Below are positions 12,290-25,360 of a stretch of DNA of 64,000 nucleotides, in pieces. Below the pieces are notes generated by a model. It made no database searches. It was not told where the DNA came from and saw only the letters and a program-made list of their open reading frames with translations. The first letter of the stretch is position 1, and each line of letters opens with the position of its first letter. Both the position numbers and the translations under genes were made by a program. The DNA is from Mobula hypostoma (taxonomy: Eukaryota): NCBI RefSeq assembly GCF_963921235.1, contig NC_086097.1, positions 5,456,001 to 5,520,000 on the forward strand. The letters run 5' to 3'.

Positions 12290-12730
12290 CATCAACCTCA
12301 AGTTCTAGTCATTTCTCCCACCTCCCTCTTCTCTCTTCTTCTATTCGCCATTTTGTCTCACTTCTTACCCATTTTCTTCTCCATCACCTCACTCTGTTTC
12401 CCCTTTCTCCCATGGTACACTCTCCTCTACTATCCGACTCCTTCTTCTTAACCCTTTACCTCTTCCACCCATCACCTCCCAGCTTCTCACCTCATCTCCC
12501 ATGTCCCACTTAACCACCTTCATCTTCACATGGTTTCACCTATCATCTGCCAGCTCAAACTTCTTTCTCCAACCCCCTCTCCTTCCTTTATCAGCCTGAA
12601 GAAGGGGCTTGGCCCAAAATGTCAACTGGTCATTCTCCTCCACAGATGCTGCCTGACTTGCTGAGTTCCTCAATCATTTTTTTGTGTGTTGCTCTGGATT
12701 TCCAGCAACTACAGAACCTCTTGTGTTTCC
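12290..12730 (+). mobile_element. Old PLE-derived pseudo-LTR with a degenerate hammerhead
   Basis: Pyrimidine-rich block, then CCTGAAGAAGGGGCTTGGCCCAAAATGTCAACT and AGATGCTGCCTGACTTGCTGAGTTCCTC. Confidence 0.6.
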
Positions 12731-14319
12731 GATTAAACTCCGCTGGTTAACATCAAGAAAGGAATAAAATCATGGCCAGGAAATTGGTTTGAACAGAAAA
12801 TGTTACAGCACAGAAAAGGCCATTTGGCAATGATGTTGTGTCCAGCTACAGTACTGTGTAACGGTCTCAGGCACATACATATAGCTCGTGTACCTAAGAC
12901 CTTTGTACAGTTCTGTATTTGTTAACATGCAGTGGAGAACGAGTTTGTAAATCTGGCGGGAGGAAAGGATGTTGGGAATGGGGAGGGTGGAGGGCGACAG
13001 AAGGAGTGTGGGACCGATGGCACAGAAGGAGTGTCATGGGTGGGGGTGGGCTTGGTACAGGGGCAGACACACCCAGCCTTGAGACAATAGACAAGATATA
13101 AGAAGCCATAGAAAAGCACAGCAGAGATAAGCCATTTGTCTCATCTCACTCATCTGATCTGAGCCTAACCATGTAAACCACCTCGTTCCAACGAGCTGCA
13201 CATGACCAGAGCCCTCTGTACCCCTCCCATCCAAGTACCTTGTATGTAGCACTTGCACTGGCAGCTACTTCCACACCCTCACCACCCTCTGAGTGAAGGA
13301 GTTTCCCTTCACATTCCCCTTAATCGGTGGCGCCCCACTCAAGCATGCAGCAAAGCATCAGTAAAGACTCAGAATTGCCCAAAGACTACTCGGTCACCCG
13401 GTATTTGACATACCACAGGCTCTCTTTCTCTAATGAGGGAAAAAGAGGTGTCCCCGTTTCACAGCAAGAGGGGAGATGTAACAGAACAACTCATTGATTT
13501 CTGGTGTTAAAAGTCTGTTGCATCGCTTTTTCTGAGCTCTGTGCCTCTGGGAACACAGCCAGCAGCCAGCCTGCTGCTTCCGATCTTCCTTGTTCTCCCG
13601 TGACACATCAGTCGTCATCGGTGGCAGCACCGGCCTTGAATCAGCCCGTCTCCAGAGCCACAAAGATCCGGCACCCCGGAGGCACGTTAGTCTTCCAGGC
13701 CATGTCCTTGGCATATCGAAAAGCGGACAGTTATGAGGCCGCATGAGCAGGTCCCATTCCTGCAAAGAACCGAAGTCAGAATGTAACTCCAGGTCAGGGT
13801 CTTCAAGAAGAACCTTGAAAGGGCAAAAAGAGATATCACAGTCCACCACCACGATGTCCATTTCAACAGATCTAACATATCTTTAGCAAGCACATAGATA
13901 ATGAAAATACTTTCCTAAATAAGGAATGCCTGAAAACAGTACGTTTTTCTGGTGATTTCTGATATGACAATGTCCAGAAATGGTGCATCAGAGACAGATG
14001 TGATCCAGTGTCTCGGTCCGAAAGGATTCAGTAAACCGGACTCTCGAGAATGCAGTACAGCTATGGCGGCCATTGCTGGAGCAGACTTGGGCTCAATCGA
14101 AGCATCAGGGTCTGAGCCCGAGAGCAAGAAATGAACCGATGTTTGGCCATTGCTGGGGTGTACTTGAGAGGAGATTGAAACGGTAGGTCCCAGCCTGAGA
14201 GCTAAAACAAATGGATGCTTGGTGGATGCTGTCCAAGTTGCATGCCATCTTGGACAATGTCTCCCATCCACTACATAATGTACTGGGTGGGCACAGGAGT
14301 ACATTCAGCTAGAGACTCA

Positions 14320-14575
14320 TTCCACCGAGATGCAACACAGAGCGTCATAGGAAGTCATTCCTGCCTGTGGCCATCAAACTTTACAACTCCTCCCTTGGAG
14401 GGTCAGACACCCTGAGCCAATAGGCTGGTCCTGGACTTATTCCCTGGCACAATTTACATATTACTATTTAACTATTTATGGTTCTATTACTATTTATTAT
14501 TTATGGTGCAACTGTAATGAAAACCAATTTTCCCCGGGATCAATAAAGTATGACTATGACTATGACTATGACTAT
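14320..14575 (+). mobile_element. Rex1-type LINE 3' end with a (TATGAC)n tail
   Basis: AGGAAGTCATTCCTGCCTGTGGCCATCAAACTTTACAAC (RKSFLPVAIKLYN), GGGATCAATAAAGTA and ~4 TATGAC units. Confidence 0.65.
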
Positions 14576-15103
14576 GGATTTAAGCACCAAGCCAGATTTA
14601 CAAGATCAGAGCATCAAAGTCGAGGGTAAAGGATGAACTCACTACTCTGCATGGTTTACTTGTCTTAGCACTGTGGTGTGCAGTGATTGGCACTCATCTC
14701 TGTGCTGAACTGCCTCCAGGGCTGTGGCCTGCAGTCATCAGGCTCCTGGACTGGTATCACTTGCCTCTGTGCTGAAATGTCTCCGGGGCTGTGAACTCAC
14801 TCTCAGGGTCTCTGCAGTTCACGTTCTGTGTGGTATTTGTTTACTTGTTTATTGTTTGGATAATTTGTTCTTTTCTCACACATTGGGGGTTTGACGGTTT
14901 GTTCTGTGTGGGGGCAGGGTTTTTCACGGATTCTATTGCGTTTCTTTGTTTAGTGGCTGCCTGCAAGAAGACAAACCTCAAGGATGCATATAGTGTGCGT
15001 AGTATGATAATAAATGTACTTTGAACTTGAACATACAGTATGTTGCATGCACATACATGTTGATAAAATTACCTGAGTACGCTTATCTCTTTGATTTCTC
15101 CAG

Positions 15104-15374
15104 GTGAATGGTTGCAGCCTTTCGACGCTAAGCGCACTTATGAAGCTGACTTTCATGTCGATGACAGAACAACAGAGAGAGTTCGCATGATGAGAAGGAC
15201 AGGAACGTATTACAGAACGTATGCCGAGGACCTCTCCAGTGAAGTGCTTCTGATGGAATATGCAGGAAATACCTCCCTATTGATTTTGCTACCAAAATCT
15301 GGAAAATTGGCAGAGTTGGAGCGGAACCTGACCGTTCAAAAATTTGATCATCTCTTGTTGTCAATGCGAAAGCA
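15104..15374 (+). CDS. Clade A serpin, coding exon 2
   Basis: Acceptor TTTCTCCAG| at 15103; reads (G)EWLQPFDAKRTYEADFHVDDRTTERVRMM...VLLMEYAGNTSLLILLP...; donor GCA|GTAAGT at 15374 (phase 2); 271 nt, matching the equivalent SERPINA exon. Confidence 0.95.
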
Positions 15375-15449
15375 GTAAGTTCAATTAAATCAAATTTAAT
15401 GTTATTATTATTTTCTAGCTGTACAAGTGAACTAAAATAATTACCATGA

Positions 15450-18400
15450 TGGAAAGACCATGAGCAAAATTAGGCCATTCAGCCCATCAAATCTGCCCCA
15501 CCAATCCATTATGGCTGATTTATTATGCCTCTCAACCCCATTCTCTTGCTTTCACCCTGTATCCTTTGATGCCCTGACTAATCAAGAACCTATCAACCTC
15601 CACTTTAAATATACTCAATGACTTGACCCATATAGTGATCCCTGGCAGTGATTCACCACACTCTCATTCACAAAGTTCCTCCTTATCTCTACTCCGAAGG
15701 GGCAACATAGAAAATAGGACATTCAACAGTACAGCACAGGAACAGGCCATTCGTTGCTATCACATCTCATCTCAGCCTTCACTGCTCCACAGAAAAGAAA
15801 ACCAAGTACATCCAACGTCTCATTATAACACATGCTCTCTAATCCTGGCAGCATCCTGGTAAACTTCTGCCGCACTCTCTCCAAAGCCTCAACATCCTTC
15901 CTATAATGAGGTGACCAGCACTGTATGCAATACTCCAGATGTGGCCTAACCAGAGTTGTATAAAGTTGCAACATAACCTCCTAACTTTTGAACTCAAGGA
16001 CTAGTGAAGACAAACAAGCCAAATGCCTTCTTCGAAGTCAGATTTATCACCAGAGACATGATGGAGCATAGACAACACAGGAAGAGGCCATTTGGCCCAC
16101 AGTGTTGTGCCAAACCAGCTAAAATGCAAATCAAAAACAACCAAACACTAATCCCTCCTACCCACACCATGTCCATATCCCTCCATCTTCCTTACATCCA
16201 TGTGCCTGTCCAAACATCTCTTAATAGCCTCTGATGTATTTGCCTCTACCACCATACCAGGCAGCGCATTCCAGGCTCCTATAACTCTCTAGGTATAAAA
16301 CTTACCCTCACATCCCCCTTGAACCTACCCACTCTCACCTTCAATGCATGCCCTCTGGGAAACAGATACTCCCTCTATGCCTTTAGGATCTATGCCTCTC
16401 ATAACCTTGTAAACCTCAGTCAGGTCTCCTCTCAACCTCCAATGCTCCAGAGAAAACAACCCAAGTTTATCCCATCTCTCATGATAGCACATGCCCTCTG
16501 AACCAGGCAATGTACAGGTAAACCTCTTCTGCACCCTCTCCAAATCTTTAACATCCTTCCTATGGTGGGGTGACCAGAACTGTACACAACACTCCAGACA
16601 AAGCCTAACCAGGGTTTTATAAATTTGTGAATAATATCTTGCATTTTGAACTCATTTCCATGACTACTAAAAGCAAATATTCCTTCTTAATCACCTTATT
16701 GACCTGTGTAGCCACTTTCAAGGAGCTATGAGCTTGGATCCCAAGATCTCTCTGCTCAGCAACACAGTTAAGGACCTTGCCCTCAACAGTGTACTGTCTC
16801 CTAGCATTTGTCCTGCCAACGTGCAACACCTCACATTTATCTGGATTAAATTCCATCTGCTATTTCTCTGCCTATATCTGCAACTGATCTATATCAGCTG
16901 TACGCTTTGCCCGTCTTCTACACCATCAACAACTCCACCAATCTTGGTATCATCTGAAAACTTACTAACCCACCCACCTACAGTTTCATCCAGGTCATTT
17001 ATATACATCACAACAGCAGAGATCCCAGCACAGATCCCTGTGGAACTCCACTAATTACAGACCTCCAGCTCGAATCTCTGCTCCTGTGTCTAATGGTCTC
17101 ATGGTCTTATGGAAGAAGTCCCTTCAACCATTACCCTGTGTCTTCTATGAGCAGGCTAGTTCTGAATCTAAACAGCCAAATCACCATGCATTTTAATCTT
17201 CTGGATTAGCCTTATATGAGTGACTTTGTCAAATGCCTTACTAAGATCCATGTAGACACTGCCCTACACTCAACAATCTCTCTCATCACCTTGTCAAAAA
17301 ACTTAATCAAGTTGGTAAGGCACGACCTGCCCCATACAAAGCCACTTGACTCTCCCTAATTAGGCCAAATGCTCATATATCCTATCCCTAAGAATTTTCT
17401 CCAGCAATTTCCTGGCAACTGACATGAGACTCACTGGTCTGTGGTTCCCAGGATTTTCCCATGCCCCTCCTTAAATAAAGGTACAACATTAGCCACTCGC
17501 CAGTCCTCTGGGACCCTGCCTCTGGCCAGGGAGGACATGAAGATACCAGTCAAGGGCCCAGCAATCTCGCCTCTTGCATCCTTCAATCTCATCAGGTCCT
17601 GGGGACTTATCCACCTCAATTCTCATCAAAAGGCCCAACATTTCCTTCTTCGAGAACTCCGAACACCCTAATGTAAATATACATGCAGCACTGATCTCCT
17701 GGTCTGCCAAATTCTTTTTCCTTGATAAATATTAAAGCAAAGTATTCACTAAGTACCTCACTCAGATTCTCTGCATCCAAGCAAATGTTCACCTCTTTAT
17801 CATTGAGTGATCCCACCCTCTCCCTCATTATCCTTTTACTCTTGATGTAAGTATAGAACAGGGGACCCCAACCTTTTTTGCATTGCGGACTGGTTTAATA
17901 TTGACAATATTCTTGTGGACCGGTCAACCCGGGGTGGGCGGGCCGGGTAGGGTAGGGTTGCCAACGGACAAGAGCAGCAGTCAAATATGTTGTGTTTACC
18001 CCGAGAAAGTCTACAATGACGATGAAGCCATGCGTGGGCACCAGTGCGTATGCATGGCGTGCGCATGCGTGTACGTGCCAATTTTCTGCTACAAATCGTT
18101 TTTGGCGATTCTGTTTGGGCGGGGGCGATGTTAATCACGACCAGAATATAGGTGATAAGTGGCTAATACACCTCAATTTTGTTTCTAAAAGGGTTTATCT
18201 AATGAATTTAATATTAAACACACAGCGCATATTTTCCTCGCATGAGTATAGTGATAAGTTAATTATCAGGGGAGGACTGGAGAGCTTGAAGTAAGTGTTG
18301 AACGAACTTCCAGTAGAAGTGGTAGAGACAGGTTCGATATTATCATTTAAAGAAAAATTGGATAGGTATATAGACAGCAAAGGAATGCAGGGTTATGGGC

Positions 18401-19950
18401 TGAGTGCCGGTCGGTGGGACTAGGTGAGAGTGGCGTTCGGCACGGACTAGAAGGACAGAGATGGCCTGTTTCCGTGCTGTAATTGTTATATGGTTATATA
18501 AGTCAATAGAAGCATAACATTTTAAGTAACGTTTGGATATTAAACACACAGCATATATTTTCTCCCTATGAACATATAAAATCATTGCAACACACCAATA
18601 TCGCTGATCAGTGGGAGCCCTGGGCTTGTTGCCCTGCAACAAGACGGTCCTATCGAGGGGTGATGGGAGACAGCGATACTCGAAGGGGGTTCCTTGTGTC
18701 CAGTCTATTCCGCAGTTTAGTCTTTGTTGCATTCAATGCAGAGGTAGTTGGAAATGGAAGCAATGTTTTCAGTGCTTTTGTGGCTATCTCAGGATATTCA
18801 GCCTTGACTTTGATCCAGAATGCCGGCAGAGACCTTATATCAAACATACTTTTCAGCCCGCCATCATTTGCAAGCTTGAGGAGTTGATCTCCTTCCCGCG
18901 CTGACATGGATGACGCGCGGATCATGACCTCGCGTACGTTCAAGCTCAACAGTGCACGTGACAGGGAATGAGGAAAGGTGCAGCTGATAATGCCAAATCA
19001 TATCGTTTCCTCGCGGCCCGGTAGCGCATGCTTTGCGGCCCAGTACCGGTCAGTGGCCCGGTGGTCGGGGACCGCTGGTATAGAATGCCTTTGGATTCAC
19101 CTTAATCCTACTTGCCAAGGACTTTTCATGACCTCTCCTGGCTTTCCTAATTCCCATCTCAAGTTCTTTTTTAGCTTCTTTGTACTCCTCATGTGTTTCA
19201 TTTCATCTTAACTTTTGAAGCTTTGCATACTTTTTCTTTTTCTTTTTGACTAAATTCATCACCGCTCTTGACATCCAAGGTTCTCTTATCTTTCCAACCC
19301 TGTCCTTCCTTCTAACAGGAACATATCTTTCCTGCACTCTGCACAATTCATCTTTAAGCACACTCCAGATGTCTGATGTGGACTTTCCAGAGAAAAGGTG
19401 TTCCCAAATAACGCTTCCTAGTTCCTGCTTAACATCTTCTTAATTTACCCTGCTCCAATTAAAAACTCTCCCACAAAGACCACACACTGTCCTGAAATTC
19501 AAGGAGTTGAAGTCACTGTTCTCTAACTGTTCACCCACTGAAAGGTCAGTCACCTCTGGCCAGGCCCATTTCCCAACACCAGGTCAAGTACGGCCCCTCC
19601 TCTTGTTAGACTGTCCACATATTGATTTCAGAAACCTTCCTGGATACACTTAACAAATTCTGCCCTATCTAAAACCCCTTACACTAAGAAGCTCCCATTT
19701 TATATTAGGGAGGTTGAAATCCCCCATGACAACGACCCTAATATTTTCACACATTTCCTTAATCTGACTACAAATCTGTTCCTCAATGTCCCGTTGGCTA
19801 TTAGGGGTCAGTGGTACAATCCCATCAGTGTGATTGCACCCTTCCTATTCCTGAGTTCTATCCAAATGACTCAGCATCTGATATCTGACCCCTCCATTGT
19901 CTACCCTGAGTACAGCTGTGATATTGTCCCTGATTAGTAGTGCTGCTCCC
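15450..19950 (-). mobile_element. Cluster of decayed CR1 LINE segments in serpin intron 3 (interrupted by a hAT element)
   Basis: Minus-strand ORFs with CR1 motifs: 15723..15974, 16617..16856 (MEFNPDKCEVLH) and 17431..17619 (PEDWRVANVVPLFK). Confidence 0.85.
17859..19077 (-). mobile_element. Non-autonomous composite hAT (Buster/Charlie) element, copy 1
   Basis: TIRs CAGGGGACCCCAACC / GGTCGGGGACCGCTG; perfect 8-bp TSD GTATAGAA (17851-17858, 19078-19085); minus-strand transposase C-terminus (LPAFWIKVKAEYPEIATKALKTLLPFPT...TKTKLRNRLD). Confidence 0.92.
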
Positions 19951-20287
19951 CACATCCCCCATCCCACCCCTTCTTTTACCTCCTCTATCTTTTCCAGTTA
20001 TTGTGTTTGTCTTATCGTGTTCTTTTGCAGCTGCATCAGACCCGGAGTTTCAATTATTTTATTCTCCTTTGGACCTGTGTACTGGAAATTATATAAAACA
20101 ATCTTGAACCTTCAATCCATAGATGCTGCCTGATCTGTTGTTTTCCTCCAGCATTTTGTGTGTGTTGCATTAATTTTTAGATTTCCTTTGTGTTAGTTTA
20201 ATTTATTTATCAGTAAAAGTTTAAAAATTTAAGATGTGAGAAAATGTGAGATGATACAATACCTTTCTGGTGTTATGTTCGTGACAG

Positions 20288-20432
20288 ATCTGTAGATGTG
20301 CATTTCCCAAAGATGACGCTGAAGGCAACTTACAAACTTAAATCCCTACTGAGGTCCATGGGTATCGAAGATGCATCTACTAACTATGCAAACTTTTCTG
20401 GAATATCTGATGACCGTCTAAAATTATCAGAG
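20288..20432 (+). CDS. Clade A serpin, coding exon 3 (not in the ORF track)
   Basis: Acceptor GTGACAG| at 20287; manual translation (Q)SVDVHFPKMTLKATYKLKSLLRSMGIEDASTNYANFSGISDDRLKLSE; donor GAG|GTAAAC at 20432 (phase 0). Phases match the flanking exons. Confidence 0.93.
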
Positions 20433-21289
20433 GTAAACCATTGGAAAATTGATTATATTGAATACTGTTTATGTTAACTAACAAAAGATCACGAAAGTAC
20501 TGCTTGGTTTATTGGAATAATTTAAATGTTTAAGTTTGTATGCACTCATTGAATATGAATGCACGAACTACCCTCCACAATCCATACGTATCCTATACAT
20601 ATCTACCCACTGACCCACCCCTCCACATTCCCTATGTACAGTACACTATACCAATCCACCCAATGATATTAAATTGGGTTTAATATCATTGGCATATGTT
20701 GTGAAATTTGTTTTTGTTAATAATGTGAAACTATACATTACAATTGGAAATATATTTTTAAAAATTAAGTTAAATAATTAGTGCAAAAAGAGAGCAAAAA
20801 ATAGTGAGATTGTATACATGGGTTCATTGTCAGTCCAGAAATCTGATGATGGAGGGGAAGGAGCTTTTCCTAAATATTGAGTGTATGTCTTCAGGCACCT
20901 GTACCTCTTCCTTGATGGTAGCAATGAGAAGAGGGCACGTCCTGCCTGGAATATACAAACATAGTACTCTTACTACAGTTTTACTGAAGACCTATAGAAC
21001 TGAAGCATGGTCTCTCTACTTGCAACAAATAGTAAGATCTTCTTAGCATTCCTGGCTGCTTGCTGTATCTGCTGCTAAAACTGTTTGAATCTTGTACCAG
21101 AACCGAGATCCCTCCCTAGTGTTCTGCAACTGTTCTGAGGATATTTCTTTTTCCACTTTTTCACCCAAAATGGACAAGTTCACATTTTACCACCTAATAC
21201 TCCATTTCTCAGATCTCTGCTTACTTACTTACACAATCGATATCCCTTTCTAGTCGCCCTAGGTCTTCCTCACAACTCAGTTTCCTGCC

Positions 21290-22500
21290 TATCTTTGTGT
21301 CATGGGGAGAGATCCAGGGATAATTCTCAAAACCACGGACCAGTGAGTCTGAGATCAGTGGTTGGGAAGTTACTGGAGGAAATTCTTAGCAACAGCATTT
21401 ATGAGTATTTGGAGAACCATGGCCTAATTAGGGGCAAGTCATGTCTTTCTAACTTGATTGATTTTTTTTTGACAAATTGATGAGGGTGATTGATGAAGGT
21501 AGAACTGTGGATGTTGTAAAAATGGATTTTAGTAAGACATCTCTCATTGGAGGCACATCCAGAAGATTAAGATGCATGGGATCAATGGCAGTTTGATTTC
21601 AGAACTGGCTTGCCTACAGAGGGTAGAGGTCAAGGGGACTTACTCCAGTTGGAGGGTGTGATTTGTGATGTTCTGCAGAGATCTGTACTGGGATCTCTGC
21701 TGTTTGTGATGTGTATAGGTGACCTGGATGAAAATGTAGATGGAAGGGTTAGTAAATTGCGATGATACAAAAATTGGTGGTGTTCTGGATAGCATAAATG
21801 ACTGGAAAAGTATAATTGGATATAGATTGATTGCAGATATATATAGAGAAATGGCAGATGGAGATTAACCCTGCTAAATGTGGTGTTGTTCCTTGGGAGG
21901 TAAAAATGTAAAGGTTAATGGCAAGAGACTTAACAGTGTTGCTCAGCAGAGAAATCTTGGGGTCCAAGTGCATAACTCCCTGAAAGTGGATACTCAGGTT
22001 GATAGGGTAGTTCAGAAGGCAAATATGCATGCTTGCTTTCATTAGTCCAGGATTAGAGGGCATGAGCTATAATGAGAGACTGGACAAACGTGGGTTGTTT
22101 TCTCTGGAGTGCCAGAGGCTAAAGGGAGATTTGATAGAGCTTTATTAGTTTATGAGAGGGATAGATAGAGTAGACAGACAGTAGCTTTTTTCCAGGGTTG
22201 AAATGTCTAATACCAGAGGACACATATTTAAGGTGAGGGGGTAAGTTTTAAGGAAATATGAGAGGCAAATTTTTTAACATCAAAGTGTGGTGGGTGCCTT
22301 TAATGTGCTGCCTGGGGTGGTGGTAGAGGCGGAAACATTAGGGTATTTTAAGGAATATTTCAATAGACATGAATTTGAGGAAAATGAATGGAATTGGATA
22401 TTGTGTAGGCAGAACGGATTCGTATGATTGACCATACACTGACTATTTCATTTGGTGAGCTGAAGGACCTGTTCAGGGCCTGTACTGTCTACGTTCTATC
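21290..22500 (+). mobile_element. Decayed CR1 LINE (RT to 3' end) in serpin intron 4
   Basis: [13 protein letters not shown]...GKSCLSNLIDFF (ORF 21295..21480) and a CR1 tail; another CR1 piece lies at ~22820-23260. Confidence 0.8.
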
Positions 22501-23599
22501 TCCTAAGAGTACAGTTGGTACTTACGCAGGAATAATTTTCATGTTGTGGCCTGCACACAGAAACCAAACGGGTAATAATCCTGAACATGATTAGTTGTTT
22601 CCTTGTAAAGGATAACCTTCTGGTAGCATGATAGCATGGTGGGTAGCTCAAGGCTTTCCAGTACAGGCACCCAGGTTCATTCCTAATGCTGCCTATAAGG
22701 AGTTTGTACATTCTCCCCATGGCCACATGGGTAGCCTCTGCGCGCTCTCGTTTCTTTCCACTGTCCAAAGACGTACCGGTTAGTAAGTTGATCGGTCATT
22801 GTAAATTGTCCTGTGATTGGGAAATAGGATGTCATGTTGAAATTGTATAAGATATTAGTGAGGCCTAATTAGAAGGATTGTGAGCAGTTTTGGTCAGCTA
22901 CCTACAGGAAAGATGTTAAATAAGGTTGAAAGAGTATTGAGAAAATTTACAGGGATGTTGCCAGGTCTGGAGGATCTGAGTTATAAGGAAATATTAAATG
23001 GGTTATAACTTTATTCCTTGGAATGTAGAAGACTTATAAAGTTATACAAAATTATGAGAGGTGTAGATGTGCTAAATGCAAGCTGGTTTTTTCCACTAAG
23101 GTTGGGTGGGACAACAAATAGTGGTCATAGGTTAAGGGTGAAAGGTGAAAAGTTCAAGGGGAATGAGGGGAAACTTCTTTTCTCAGAAGGTTGTGAGAGT
23201 GTGGAATGAGCTGCCAGTGCAACTGGTGCATGTGAGCTCAATTTCAATGCTTAAGAGAGGATCAGAGTTCAGAGTTCAGAGTTCAAGGCCAATGCTGTCT
23301 GGAAGGAGTTTGGACTTCCTACTCATGAACACATGGGTTGACTTCGGGTTACCTGGGGTTCCCTCCAAAGCCCAAAGTTGTACTGGTTAGTAGGCTAATT
23401 GCTCATTGCAAGTCAGAGTTTAAAGAAAACTTATTATCACAGTACATATATTGTATGTCACCACATACAACTCTGAGATTCAGTTTCTTGTGGGCATACT
23501 CTATAAATCCAAGAAACACAATAGATTCAATGAAAGACTGCACTGAATAGGATGAACAAACAACCAATGTGCAAAGGACCACAAAATCTGTTTAGGATG

Positions 23600-23875
23600 G
23601 TGGTGAATCCTGGTCGCTCGGGTTCAGGTGTCTGATGTTCTGGTGTTTGCCGAGCTTGCAGATGTTTCATCTCCAGTCGCGATGACATCCTCAGTGCGTA
23701 GTCGTTGGTGTTTCTCTCTGGGGGTGCTTGTGTTCATGGAGACCCCTGTTCACTTGCTTTGATCCTGATTGGCGAGCCCTTCAGTTGACCTTTGAATTCT
23801 ACTGCCTCACATTTCTTAAGAGCCTCGACTGGTGAGGAAACATCTGCAAGCTAATTGCAGGCTCGGCAAACGCGG
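23600..23875 (-). mobile_element. Remnant of a second PLE family with its own hammerhead motif
   Basis: Minus strand 23657-23697 reads GCA CTGAGGA TGTCATCGCGACTGGAGAT GAAA CA TC^TGCA; a partial inverted copy lies at ~23825-23871. Confidence 0.55.
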
Positions 23876-24613
23876 CAACATCAAAAAATAAACTGTGCAG
23901 GTACAAAAGAGAAAATAATAATCATTATGCATACAGTGGCATGCAAAAGTTTGGCCACCCCGGTCAAAATTTCTGTTACTGTGAATAGTTAAGTGAGTAA
24001 AGATGAACTGATCTCCAAAAGTCATAAAGTTAAAGATGAAACATTCTTTTCAACATTTAAGCAAGATTAGTGTATTATTTTTGTTTTGTACTATTTTAGA
24101 GTGAAAAAAAGGAAAATAGCACCATGCAAATGTTTGGGTACCGCAAGAGATTTGAGCTCTCAGACAACTTTTACCAAGGTCTCAGACCTTAATTAGCTTG
24201 TTAGGGCTATGGCCTGTTCACAGTCATCGTTAGGAAAGGACAGGTGATGCAAATTTCAAAGCTTTATAAATACCCCGACTCTTCAAGTCTTGTCCCAACA
24301 ATCAGCAGCCATGGGCTCCTCTAAGCAGCTGCCTAGCACTCTGAAAATTAAAATAAATAATGCCCACAAAGCAGGAGAAGCTATAATAAGATAGCAAAGC
24401 ATCTTCAGGTAGCCGTTTCCTCAGCTCGTAATGTAATTAAGAAATGGCAGTTAACAGGAGTGGTGGAGGTCAAGTTGAGGTCTGGAAGACCAAGAAAAAT
24501 TTCCGAGAGAACTGCTTGTAGGATTGCTAGAAAGGCAAATCAAAACCCCTGTTTGACTACAAAAGACCTTCATGAAGATTTAGCAGACTCTGGAGAGGTG
24601 GTGCACTGTTCTA

Positions 24614-25192
24614 GTTGTTCGTCCATCGTCGTCCATGAAGATCTCAACACCATTATGATGATGATGGTGATGTCGAGACTAGCGCTTGATTTGGATTTAA
24701 GTAAGGGAGAGTTGTGCAGTATCAGCTTCACTCTTTCTTCCCAATTCCCATCCGGATCCAGTGACAAGACAATAGCTGAGATGGCTGGGGATGGAATTAG
24801 GCACAGTGGATGACCAGGACATCCTCTCTGTCTTGTCGTGCTCTACACGTTCCACGATGCTTGCAGAGACTGCCTTCTTGACCGTTGGACCTTCCGTTGG
24901 TCTCGTCCACTGAATCCACCGGAGTCTGTTTTCACATGCTGGGATAGACAACTCCCTATCTCACCGAGGGTTTGAGACCCTCAGCTGGTTACTCTCAACT
25001 GGTTTAGCTGGCTTGTCAAAGCCGTTGCCTGGGGTGTGGCTGCTGTCACATGCAAACAGCTACGGAGACCCGCAGGTGAGAGATGAGTGCCAGGTGGGGA
25101 CCAAATGTTAACAACCTGCCTGAAACGGATGCGATATGTTCCCCCACCAGAGGTGCTACACCTCCCTGACACCCCATACATCCCACCCCATA
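24614..25192 (-). mobile_element. Short non-autonomous retroelement (probably RTE-derived) inserted in the Tc1 transposase
   Basis: 10-bp TSD CACTGTTCTA (24604-24613, 25193-25202); highly structured GC-rich 5' part on the minus strand; simple-repeat 3' end (GACGACGATGGACGAACAAC). The RTE assignment is from general resemblance only. Confidence 0.65.
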
Positions 25193-25207
25193 CACTGTTC
25201 TACTGTG

Positions 25208-25360
25208 GAAACATAGAAACATAGAAAATATGTGCAGGAGTAGGCCATTCGGCCCTTCGAGCCTGCACTGCCATTCACTGTGATCATGGCTGATCATCCA
25301 ACTCAGAACCCTGTACCAGCCTTTCCTCCATACCCCCGATCCCTTTAGCCACAAGGGCCA
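25208..25360 (-). mobile_element. Very short young CR1 3' tail inserted in Tc1
   Basis: Near-identical to the tails at 555-682 and 5372-5530, with a (TTTCTATG)n end. Confidence 0.85.

Noticed and set aside
13380..13870. ORFs 13430..13861(-) and 13504..13746(+) in a GC-richer block
   Set aside because: No recognisable domain or splice structure; probably an unclassified repeat that I cannot assign.
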